Below, one piece after another: positions 1 through 8,164 of a DNA stretch of 64,000 nucleotides (positions within the stretch are counted from its first letter, which is position 1; each line of letters begins with the position of its first letter). The notes beneath the pieces are model-generated. The model had not been told where the DNA came from. It ran no database searches and saw only the letters and a list, made by a program, of their open reading frames with translations. Made by a program: the position numbers and the translations under genes. Source of the DNA: Polyangiaceae bacterium. Its GTDB lineage: Bacteria; Myxococcota_A; Polyangia; Polyangiales; Polyangiaceae. The DNA is taken from assembly GCA_044376115.1 (NCBI GenBank), contig JBILLK010000039.1, positions 24,080 through 88,079 of the forward strand, given 5' to 3'.

Positions 1-111
1 AAGACCAGCTCCGACCTCCGCGTGCTCCGTTGGTCTTCGTGAGGCGGCGCGGGCGCATGCCGCTAAACGCAACGCTTGCCCAAACGACCGAAGCTGCGCT
101 CTAACGATGGG

Positions 112-594
112 ATGAGCTACTCACGTTCTATCGCGCAGGTCGGGCTACTCTTCGCGCTTGGGGGATGCACCGTGCCTCCTGCCGAGATCGAGAAGAACAT
201 CAAAGATGAATTCTCGAAGGACGACATTGAGCTGGAGAGCGTCAAGTGCCCGGCCGATATCAAGCGGAAGGATGGCGTCACCTTTGAGTGCACCGGGACG
301 AGTGATCTCGGGGACGACTTCACGGTGGAGGTCAAGCTGACCGACAACCAGGGCTCGTTCAAATGGGAGTTGGTCGGAAAGATCGTCAAGTTCTCGGTGA
401 TCGAGGATCACTTCAAAGAGCTCGGCGCGCCGGCCGACATCAAGTGCGGCAAAGGGAAGGGGAAGTTCGTCGCGGTCAAGGGCACGAAGGTGAAGTGCAA
501 AGCGGGCGGCGAAGAACTCGTCGTGAAGTTCACCAGCGACGACGCCAAGTTCGAGGTGGTCGAGGGCAAGCGGCAGCCTCCGCCTCCAACCTGA
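112..594 (+). CDS. DUF4333-like lipoprotein
   Basis: Signal peptide with lipobox LGGC; VKCPADI..G.TFEC pattern with a second partial Cys repeat. ATG at 112 chosen over TTG at 76. Confidence 0.6.
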   Translation: MSYSRSIAQVGLLFALGGCTVPPAEIEKNIKDEFSKDDIELESVKCPADIKRKDGVTFECTGTSDLGDDFTVEVKLTDNQGSFKWELVGKIVKFSVIEDHFKELGAPADIKCGKGKGKFVAVKGTKVKCKAGGEELVVKFTSDDAKFEVVEGKRQPPPPT

Positions 595-632
595 TGGGGG
601 TCCAAAACGGTCGGAGTTCCCAGGTCCTTCCG

Positions 633-1379
633 ATGCTCCTCCAGGTTCAACAGCTATCGAAGCGCTTCGGCGACGTGACCGCGCTTTCGGAGGTCTCCTT
701 CTCGATCGCTGGCCCTGGTTTCGTCGGCATCCTCGGACCGAACGGCGCTGGCAAGTCCACGCTGCTCGACATCCTGCAGGGCCTCGCGGCACCGTCCTCG
801 GGCAGCGTGCGCCTGTTCGGCAAGGCGGCCGAGCCGTATCCTCGTTCGCGCGTCGGCGTCGTGCTGCAGAAGGAGGTTCAGCTCGAGCGATGCTCGGCAC
901 GCGAGTACGCAGATTTGTTCGCAGCGATTCACGGCGTCGCGCAGGGAGGAGACAAGATCCTCGCATCGGCTGCGCTCGAGCACCGAGCTGCGGTCCCACT
1001 CGCCCAGCTATCCGGCGGTGAGGCAGCGCGCCTGTTCATTTGGACGGCGCTCGTCAACGAGCCTGATTTGCTGTTCTTGGACGAGCCTACGGCGGCGCTC
1101 GATCCTGAGACCAAACGCGACGTTGGGGCGATGCTACGCAAGGTGGCGACCTCGCGCTGCGTGGTGATGACGACCCACGATCTGCGAGAGGCTGACGGTC
1201 TCTTCGACGAGCTGGTTTTCCTGGTGGGGGGTCGCGTTCGGGCGTCCGGCACGCGTGACGAACTCATCGCCGCGGTACCCGAAGCGTCACGTACGAACCT
1301 CGGAGTGGAAGCTGCGTTTTTCCATTTCTGCGGCGGGCAGCCGAACAAGCTTGGTCTCGCCCGCGAAGAGCCGGTCTGA
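633..1379 (+). CDS. ABC transporter ATP-binding protein (ABC-2/drug exporter type)
   Basis: Walker A GPNGAGKST, signature LSGGE, Walker B LLFLDEP, H-loop TTHD. Alternative ATG at 594 overlaps the upstream stop. Confidence 0.92.
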   Translation: MLLQVQQLSKRFGDVTALSEVSFSIAGPGFVGILGPNGAGKSTLLDILQGLAAPSSGSVRLFGKAAEPYPRSRVGVVLQKEVQLERCSAREYADLFAAIHGVAQGGDKILASAALEHRAAVPLAQLSGGEAARLFIWTALVNEPDLLFLDEPTAALDPETKRDVGAMLRKVATSRCVVMTTHDLREADGLFDELVFLVGGRVRASGTRDELIAAVPEASRTNLGVEAAFFHFCGGQPNKLGLAREEPV

Positions 1380-2401
1380 TGCGGGCCTTCTGGCTCCTCA
1401 CGCGGCTGCGACTGCTGGACGTACTGCGCAGTCCGAGTTCGCTCGGCTTCGTGATGGCGTTTCCGGTCCTGCTGCTGTTGGTCGTCGGCTTCGTGTTCGC
1501 CGACGGACATCCCTTCGAGCGGCGGACGGTGATCCTCCTCTCCTGTCCAGAAGAAGACCGCCGCTGGCTGACCGAGACCGTCGCTTCCTTCGAAGAGGTC
1601 CGGCTCCAGGAGAGCGACAACCGAGCCGCGGCCGAGGGCAAACTTCGAGCGAGGGAGGCGAGCGCGATCGTGGATCTCTCGCGGGGCAGCGCGCGACCGA
1701 TCATCATGACCGGCCCACGCGAGCGGCTCTTCGGCAAAGGATTGGCGAGTGAACTTGGTGGCGAGCCGAGCCTGGAGGTGATTGCCGGCCCACGCTTCGG
1801 CTACGTCCACTACCTCTTCCCGGGCATCCTTGCGTTCTCGGTCATGGTCTCAGGGCTCTTCGCAACGGGATATACGCTGGTTCTTTATCGCCAAAACCAG
1901 TTCCTGAAGAAGCTCGCGACGACGCCGCTCCGCAAGTCGACCTTCGCGTTTTCGTTGGTCACGGCGCGCTCTGTGCTCGTGCTGTCGCAGGTCGCCTTGC
2001 TCAGCGCCGTCGGCGCGGTCGTCTTTGAGGTGCCCTTCACGCTTGCCGGCGCAGGTTGGGTGGCTGCGGTCACCCTCCTCGGTGTGCTCGCCTTCATGGG
2101 CATTGGCTTCTGTCTCGCGTGCGTGATCAAAACGGACGATCTCGTGGTGGACATCGTGAGCGCGGTCAACATCCCGATGGTGTTCCTCTCGGAGATCTTC
2201 TTCACACTGGACGCTCTGCCAAGACCGCTGTCAGCCATCGGCTCGCTATTGCCGAGCACGGCGATGGTGCGCGCCGTGCGCGCAGCCCTGCTGTATCAGG
2301 AGGTGTCGTTCGCCGCGTATGCGAGGGACTTGGCCGTGCTCGCTGTGTGGACCGTGGCTTCATTCGCCGTTGGCTTGAAGCTCTTTCGCTGGCATCGGTA
2401 G
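1379..2401 (+). CDS. ABC-2 type transporter permease
   Basis: N-terminal TM helix, extracytoplasmic loop, YVHYLFPGILA and LKKLATTPL motifs, further TM helices. TGATG coupling to the ATPase. Confidence 0.9.
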   Translation: MRAFWLLTRLRLLDVLRSPSSLGFVMAFPVLLLLVVGFVFADGHPFERRTVILLSCPEEDRRWLTETVASFEEVRLQESDNRAAAEGKLRAREASAIVDLSRGSARPIIMTGPRERLFGKGLASELGGEPSLEVIAGPRFGYVHYLFPGILAFSVMVSGLFATGYTLVLYRQNQFLKKLATTPLRKSTFAFSLVTARSVLVLSQVALLSAVGAVVFEVPFTLAGAGWVAAVTLLGVLAFMGIGFCLACVIKTDDLVVDIVSAVNIPMVFLSEIFFTLDALPRPLSAIGSLLPSTAMVRAVRAALLYQEVSFAAYARDLAVLAVWTVASFAVGLKLFRWHR

Positions 2402-2435
2402 TACCGCCGCCCGCAGGTGCGAGCGGTTGAACGCG

Positions 2436-2843
2436 TCAGACCGACTCGCCGCGGAGCTTGCCGTCCACCAGGTTCTTGAACGTACGAACGCTGAACAGCG
2501 TCAGGATCTGCATCGGCCGGAGCCCTGGCTGGATCCGCTCGGCGGCTTCGGGCATGAGCGTGCGCAAGCGAGCCAGCCCTGCCTCGGAGATTTCCCCGTT
2601 CGGCGCGAACTCGTCGTCGCTCATGTCGCCCTTCGCCGCGCGTTCCATCTCACCTCGCGTGATCTGGATGTCGAACTCTTGCTCGAGCCGAAACACGATG
2701 TCCAGGAATGCCAGCGAATCAGCGCCGAGCTCCTCCATCAGGTTCGAGTCGAGCTCGACTCGCTCCAGCTCGAGCGAGAGGGATTCCGCGATGCACTTGC
2801 GCACGAGCGTCACACGAACTTGCTCATCATCGACCGCGGTCAT
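2436..2843 (-). CDS. Acyl carrier protein with large internal insertion (135 aa)
   Basis: LGADSLAFLDIVFRLEQEFDIQI phosphopantetheine motif; last gene of the KS operon. Confidence 0.9.
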   Translation of the reverse strand: MTAVDDEQVRVTLVRKCIAESLSLELERVELDSNLMEELGADSLAFLDIVFRLEQEFDIQITRGEMERAAKGDMSDDEFAPNGEISEAGLARLRTLMPEAAERIQPGLRPMQILTLFSVRTFKNLVDGKLRGESV

Positions 2844-2861
2844 GGTCTCTAGGTACCGCAA

Positions 2862-4034
2862 TCACCCCAGGTCGTCGATCGAAACAGCGATCGCGCCAAC
2901 GAGCCCCGGGGCACTGCAGCTGACGGCCAAGCACGATGTCGCCGACGTCTTCTCGCAAGCAGTGAGCGGCACGAGCGGCCCGTCGCAGGGCCGCCGAAGT
3001 CCGGCCACCGGCGGCAGTATCCCCGCGCGGAGGCACGCCGCGAGCGCAATCGCCTGCACGACGCTGGTGGCGGCTCCGAGACATCCCATCGAAGCCTGCA
3101 GCGAGGTCAGGCGCGCGCCGTCTGGCAGTAGCTTCGAGAGCAGCTCCCGCTCGCGACGGTCTCTCTCCAGGTGGGCCGCGCCGCAGCCATCGAGCAGCTG
3201 CGAGCGTGGCACCTTGGCGGCAACGCGAGCGATCGTCTCGACGCTCGCCTCGCCGGTGCTGCCATCCGCGCCGGTAGCGGCGTACACGTTCGCGAGTGCC
3301 CGCTTTGCTGCCCGCTCGGGCGCCTCGAGGACCACCGCCGCGGCTGCTTCCCCGGGCACCATCCCGTTCGCGAGCGGGCCATAGGCAGCCTGCGTTTCGT
3401 GAAGACTGCTCGTCGTCAGGACGCCTCGCTCCGCCATTTCGACCAGCGCTTCTGGCTCGATCAGCGAGTCGTAGCCGACGACCAAGGCCGCCTCGATCAC
3501 GCCCGCCGCTAGAGCGTTTTGTGCCGCGACGAGCGCCTGCGCACCAGCGTTGCCGCCGGCGAAGGTCGCGCCATCCCCGCGCGCGCCGAGGTCCTGCGCG
3601 AGCAGCGCGTGGGCGTTGTTCGAAAGGTGAGACAACATCCAGAACGGGTGCAACCGCTTGAGGCCTCGTTGCCAAGAGTCGCTGAAGTCCTCCGCTTGCG
3701 ACGCGAGGGCCGGCATCAGATCGGCCCAGTGAACCCTGAGGCCGCCCATCGCGGCGAATACGCCCAGACGATCGCCCGACGCGCAGCCAGCCATGGCAAA
3801 CGCTTCGTGGGCTGCCTCTACCGCAAAGAGGCCCATTCGACGGAGGATCCGCTGATGCGGTGAGGCCGCTGGCTCGGTCCGAATCATGGCAGCGAGCGAG
3901 CACGCGTAGGAGGCGCTCGGGAACCGCTGGTTGACCTCGAAGGCACGTTCACCAGCAGCCCAGCGCTGCACCACCTCATCGGTAGAATGACCGATGGGAG
4001 TGCGGAGTGCCCACCCGGTGACTTGCACGCTCAT
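2862..4034 (-). CDS. Non-catalytic ketosynthase-like subunit (chain-length-factor-like) 2
   Basis: KS fold (VTGWALRTPIG, HPFWMLSHLSNN, PGEAAAAVVLE), but the Cys site reads TFAGGNAG and both His sites are lost. ATGA overlap with the upstream KS. Confidence 0.82.
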   Translation of the reverse strand: MSVQVTGWALRTPIGHSTDEVVQRWAAGERAFEVNQRFPSASYACSLAAMIRTEPAASPHQRILRRMGLFAVEAAHEAFAMAGCASGDRLGVFAAMGGLRVHWADLMPALASQAEDFSDSWQRGLKRLHPFWMLSHLSNNAHALLAQDLGARGDGATFAGGNAGAQALVAAQNALAAGVIEAALVVGYDSLIEPEALVEMAERGVLTTSSLHETQAAYGPLANGMVPGEAAAAVVLEAPERAAKRALANVYAATGADGSTGEASVETIARVAAKVPRSQLLDGCGAAHLERDRRERELLSKLLPDGARLTSLQASMGCLGAATSVVQAIALAACLRAGILPPVAGLRRPCDGPLVPLTACEKTSATSCLAVSCSAPGLVGAIAVSIDDLG

Positions 4035-5353
4035 CTGTGAGCCCTCGTGAGCAGCACCGTCGCGTTCTGGCCTCCGAACCCGAACGAATTCGAGAGCAGC
4101 GCGTCCACGCTCGCAGCGCGTGGTAGCTGGCCGATGATGTCGAGATCGCAGTCTTTGGCGATCTCCTGCAAATGGGCGGTCCCCGGGAGAATGCGCGTTT
4201 GCAGCGCGAGGACGCATGCCGCCAGCTCAATCGAGCCGGAGGCGGCCATGCAATGTCCAATCGCGCCCTTGATCGAACTCACGGGTACGCGCTCGGCGTG
4301 AGCGCCCAGCGCAGCACGAATCGCGAGCACCTCTGCAGGGTCGTTGAGCGGCGTCCCGGTGCCGTGCGCGTTGATGTACCCGATGGCTTCGGGCGGCAGC
4401 TTGGCGCGAGCGAGCGCCTTCACCATCGCGCGGCTGGCAGACGACCCATCGGGACGCGGCGCCGTGACCTTGAACGCGTCGGCGGAGCTGCCCCAGCCGC
4501 TCACGTATGCGAGCGGAGTAGCTCCTCGCGCCCGCGCGTGCCCCTCTTCTTCGATCACGAACATCGCGGCGCCCTCTCCGATCACGAGGCCATCCCGTCG
4601 CCGATCGAAGGGGCGGCAGGCGTCGGCGGCGCTGCGCGGGGAAGGAGCCCCGAGCCGGGACATACCGCCGAGCCCCAGCGGATTGACCATCGAGTCGGCC
4701 CCACCACAAAGGACGATCGCGGCGCTACCCCGCTCTACCAAGGAGGCCGCGTGGGCAACCGAGAGAGCTCCTGCCGCGCACGCGGAAGTGTGGGCGACGG
4801 CCGAGCCTCCGAGTCGCAAGAACGATCGAATCCACTCGAGGCCAAGGTCGACGCGCGAGCGGTAGCGGACGAAGGGCGAGCGGGCTGCGACCACGCCCTC
4901 CCAGTCGAGCTGCTCGCTCGCACGAGTGGATACGAACGGGCCAAAGTCCTGTAGCAGCGCCTGCTCCAAACCGAGCGCCATCACGAGCGCGGTTTCGCCT
5001 GCGAGAGCGTCGGCACCCGCTTGCCGCCAAGCCTCGAGGGCCGCAAGCACACCAAACGCCACCTTGCGGTCTTGCAGTGCGCCGCTCCGCTCGCACGCGT
5101 CGGCGATCGATCCGTCGCGATCGGAGAGCTGACCGCCGGTGATGCCAAGGGAGTGAGCTGCCCCGATCAGCCACTCTGCGGTCGCGCGTACGCCGGGGAC
5201 CTCGCCCGCAAACTGCTGCGGAAAGCTCGATGCATCGAAGGAGCGAATCGGACCGATGGCGCTCTGCCCAGTCGAGAGCCCGGCCCAAAATGGTTTCACG
5301 CCAACACCGAAAGGTGAAACGACGCCCAAGCCCGTGACGACAGCGCGCCTCAT
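4031..5353 (-). CDS. Beta-ketoacyl-ACP synthase (FabF/KS-alpha-like) 2, active
   Basis: Intact Cys-His-His triad: TSACAAG, NAHGTGTPLND, KGAIGHC; C-terminal SNSFGFGGQN. Confidence 0.93.
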   Translation of the reverse strand: MRRAVVTGLGVVSPFGVGVKPFWAGLSTGQSAIGPIRSFDASSFPQQFAGEVPGVRATAEWLIGAAHSLGITGGQLSDRDGSIADACERSGALQDRKVAFGVLAALEAWRQAGADALAGETALVMALGLEQALLQDFGPFVSTRASEQLDWEGVVAARSPFVRYRSRVDLGLEWIRSFLRLGGSAVAHTSACAAGALSVAHAASLVERGSAAIVLCGGADSMVNPLGLGGMSRLGAPSPRSAADACRPFDRRRDGLVIGEGAAMFVIEEEGHARARGATPLAYVSGWGSSADAFKVTAPRPDGSSASRAMVKALARAKLPPEAIGYINAHGTGTPLNDPAEVLAIRAALGAHAERVPVSSIKGAIGHCMAASGSIELAACVLALQTRILPGTAHLQEIAKDCDLDIIGQLPRAASVDALLSNSFGFGGQNATVLLTRAHR

Positions 5354-6423
5354 CGCAGCGCCCCGCGCCTGAAGGAGACAATACCGAGCTCACCATCGAG
5401 CCCGACGCTAAGGACGAGCGCGCGCGTGTGCCCGCCTGCTTCCAGCAGCGCCAGCGCCTGAGCCCACGCCAACGCGGGCGACGCGGCCAGCGCCTCTCCG
5501 AACATGCTCGTGGAGTCGACCGTGCGACGAGCAGGCAGCGCCGCCGCGATGAAGGCATCGAGTGCGGAGGCCGAACCGCCCGAGGCCGCGACCACGACGA
5601 GGTCAGGCGCCAGCCGCTCGAGTTCGGGCCGCGCGAGCTCGAGTGCATCGCCGAGCGACGTCGCGCGCGTCGAAAGCAGCGTGCAGACCTCGAGGAAAGC
5701 GAGCGGGGCGCGCTGCTCCGAGCTCCGTGCGAGCGCCAGCATAGCGGCGCCCTCGCCAAGGACGAGGTCGGATGGCGCGCCCTCACGAACGAGCTCCGCC
5801 CAAGTCACTGGATGCACCGCAGAGTCTGCTGCGCCTGCGAGCGCGGCCTCACACTCGCTGTTTCGCAACGCCCACGCAGCCTCGAGAAGTGCGCTGACCG
5901 TCCCGCCACCGCGCGAGAAGTACGCCGCGTTCGGCCCGCCGATGCCATGCAAGATCGCCGTATGACACAGCGTGAAATTGTTCATTAGCTGGAAGGCGAA
6001 CAGCGGATTGCAGGCGCGCAGCCCGGCGTCGCCGAAGCGTGCATGCGAGAAGGCCCCGCCTTCGTCGCTTGCGATCAAGAGTTGCGACAACTGCTCCGGC
6101 GCGCCGCCTGAAGCGCCGACCCCCATGAAGCAGCCGAGCTCGCTGAGCTGCTCACCCAGCCCTGCTTCGCCGAGGACCTTCGATACGGCCTCCTGCGCGA
6201 GGATGGCGCTGCGTGACATGAGGAGCCGCGCGCGACGCTCCGCAAGAGAGGCGGGCTCGGGCAGGGTCCCGAGCTCACGTGACGCCACTCCCAGCTCCCA
6301 CCTCGCGAGCTCTCGCGATGGGCTCGCCGGCGGAGGCGCTCGCCTAACCTGAGCTCGCCACGCGTCTCCGAGGTAGCAAGCAACACCAACGGCGATGACC
6401 GGCAAGTCAAAGCGCTCGAGCAT
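5350..6423 (-). CDS. Non-catalytic ketosynthase-like subunit (chain-length-factor-like) 1
   Basis: NPLFAFQLMNN..CH.AI..GI.GPN and LGEGAAML KS segments; Cys site reads FSRGGG. ATG at 6423 overlaps the upstream TGA. Confidence 0.8.
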   Translation of the reverse strand: MLERFDLPVIAVGVACYLGDAWRAQVRRAPPPASPSRELARWELGVASRELGTLPEPASLAERRARLLMSRSAILAQEAVSKVLGEAGLGEQLSELGCFMGVGASGGAPEQLSQLLIASDEGGAFSHARFGDAGLRACNPLFAFQLMNNFTLCHTAILHGIGGPNAAYFSRGGGTVSALLEAAWALRNSECEAALAGAADSAVHPVTWAELVREGAPSDLVLGEGAAMLALARSSEQRAPLAFLEVCTLLSTRATSLGDALELARPELERLAPDLVVVAASGGSASALDAFIAAALPARRTVDSTSMFGEALAASPALAWAQALALLEAGGHTRALVLSVGLDGELGIVSFRRGALR

Positions 6424-7628
6424 CAGGCCGCCTCCAAGACGACGGAGGCATTGGCCCCGCCGAACGCAAACGCGTTGACCAGCGCAGCCGTGACAGGGGC
6501 GCGTATCGCGGTGCCGAGCACATGCCGCAGGTCGCAACGCGGATCTCGTTCCTTGAGCCCTGCCGTGGGTAGCACGATCCCGCTGCGAATCGCCTCTGCC
6601 GCGCACAGAAAGCCGAGCGCGCCCGCGCCGGCGATCCAATGGCCGAGCGCACCTTTGACCGAGCTGACGAAGATGCGATCGGTGGCGGAGCCGAAGACCG
6701 AGCGAATCGCCATCGCCTCGACCTCGTCGTTGAGCGCGGTCGAGGTCCCGTGCGCTTGGATGACGTCGACGACCTGCCGCCCCGCGTCCGCAAGCGCGTT
6801 CGCCATGGCTCGCCGTGCCCCATCTCCGGAAGGCTCCGGCTTGGTCAGGTGGTAAGCGTCGAGCGTTCGGGCGCAACCGGCGATCGCGACGGTGGCAGCC
6901 ATCGGCTCGCGCGTCAGCACGGTCATCGCGGCGCCTTCCCCGACCACGAAGCCGTCGCGCCGCAAATCGAAAGGACAGGAGATCCCGCGCGCAGAGAGCG
7001 CGGAGAGACGGCCGAACCCCACCAGCATCAAGGGATCGACGTCGGCCCCCACGCCTCCAGCCAGCGCTATATCGCACAAGCCGAGGCGAATCGCGCGCGC
7101 GGCTTCGACGATCGCCGCGAGCCCCGACGCGCACGCGAGCGAGATCGTCATTACGGGTCCCTCTGCGCGGTAGCGGCCGGCGAGCTTGGACGCGATGGCA
7201 GCCGGCGACACACTCGAGGCATCGATCGATTGGGCGAGTTTGCGCGCCTCGAGGCCGAACGGAACGTGATCGAAGCCCGGCCCGGGACCGCCCGCGCGCG
7301 CGAGCCCCAAGACGGTGGCTATCGTCGCGCGGCCGGATTCGGCTCCGACGAAGACGCCGAGGCGTGCGGGGTCGATCGCTGCTGGGGCGAGGCCGGAGTC
7401 GGCCCACGCTTGTTCCGCGGCTACCTCCATCAGCGCGAGCCTTCGATCCTGCGTGTGCGTGAACGAGCGCTCGATGCTGGCCGCGACGGTGCACGGAAAG
7501 CCCGTCACGTCGAAGGTGGTGACGCGCTTGATCGCGTCTCTTCCGTCCGCCAGCAGTGAGCAGCTTGCTGCCCACGTATCTCCGAGCGGCGTGATGGCTC
7601 CAACCCCGGCGAGGTAAACCCGACTCAC
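6423..7628 (-). CDS. Beta-ketoacyl-ACP synthase (FabF/KS-alpha-like) 1, active
   Basis: SLACASG, QAHGTSTALND, KGALGHW, NAFAFGGAN. GTG at 7628 overlaps the dehydratase stop (GTGA). Confidence 0.93.
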   Translation of the reverse strand: MSRVYLAGVGAITPLGDTWAASCSLLADGRDAIKRVTTFDVTGFPCTVAASIERSFTHTQDRRLALMEVAAEQAWADSGLAPAAIDPARLGVFVGAESGRATIATVLGLARAGGPGPGFDHVPFGLEARKLAQSIDASSVSPAAIASKLAGRYRAEGPVMTISLACASGLAAIVEAARAIRLGLCDIALAGGVGADVDPLMLVGFGRLSALSARGISCPFDLRRDGFVVGEGAAMTVLTREPMAATVAIAGCARTLDAYHLTKPEPSGDGARRAMANALADAGRQVVDVIQAHGTSTALNDEVEAMAIRSVFGSATDRIFVSSVKGALGHWIAGAGALGFLCAAEAIRSGIVLPTAGLKERDPRCDLRHVLGTAIRAPVTAALVNAFAFGGANASVVLEAA

Positions 7629-8107
7629 GGGCCCTGGCCAGTCGGGCCCTCCGCCGAGCCGCTCAGCCAAACATTCAGCACCTCGCGCCGCTTCTCCAAG
7701 AGCTTCGGGTGCGTGACCTGCGCGAACGCGAAGGTGAGCTCCGCCTCCGCGGCCAACTCCTCCTCGAGGTGCGCTCTCGCGCGAACGCGACCGCCGTCCT
7801 CACTCGCCATCATCCCCAAGGTCTCGAGAATCAGCCTGTCGCCCGGACGAACCATTTTCTTGAACTTGGCCTTGTCGGCCATCACCAGCAGGGCATGGAG
7901 ATCCTCGCGGCCCTTCATTCGCATCGTCGCCTCCAGCAGCACGCCCCCGAGCTGCGCGAGCGCCTCGAGGATGAGCGCGCCGGGCATGATCGGATGGCCC
8001 GGGAAATGGTCGACGAAGACATCATCCGAGAGCGATACGCACTTGACCCCGACCGCACGAGTCGGCGGTTCGAGCGAGGTGATCCGATCGAGCAGGACAT
8101 ACCGCAT
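7625..8107 (-). CDS. 3-hydroxyacyl-ACP dehydratase, FabZ family
   Basis: LLDRI and DHFPGHPIMPGALILEALAQ (His/Glu dyad), F..MVRPGD. Confidence 0.9.
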   Translation of the reverse strand: MRYVLLDRITSLEPPTRAVGVKCVSLSDDVFVDHFPGHPIMPGALILEALAQLGGVLLEATMRMKGREDLHALLVMADKAKFKKMVRPGDRLILETLGMMASEDGGRVRARAHLEEELAAEAELTFAFAQVTHPKLLEKRREVLNVWLSGSAEGPTGQGP

Positions 8108-8164
8108 AGAGAGGGACTACCGCATCGCCTCTGCCAGCGGAAGCTGGTACCCTCCGACGCCTTT

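Noticed and set aside
5350..7575. 741-aa ORF as one protein
   Set aside because: The first 384 codons are an Arg-rich alternative frame over KS1; the real start is the coupled ATG at 6423.
2436..8107. Housekeeping fab operon or aromatic type II PKS
   Set aside because: No plsX/fabH/fabD and no cyclase or aromatase; the dead KS partners and long ACP are atypical.
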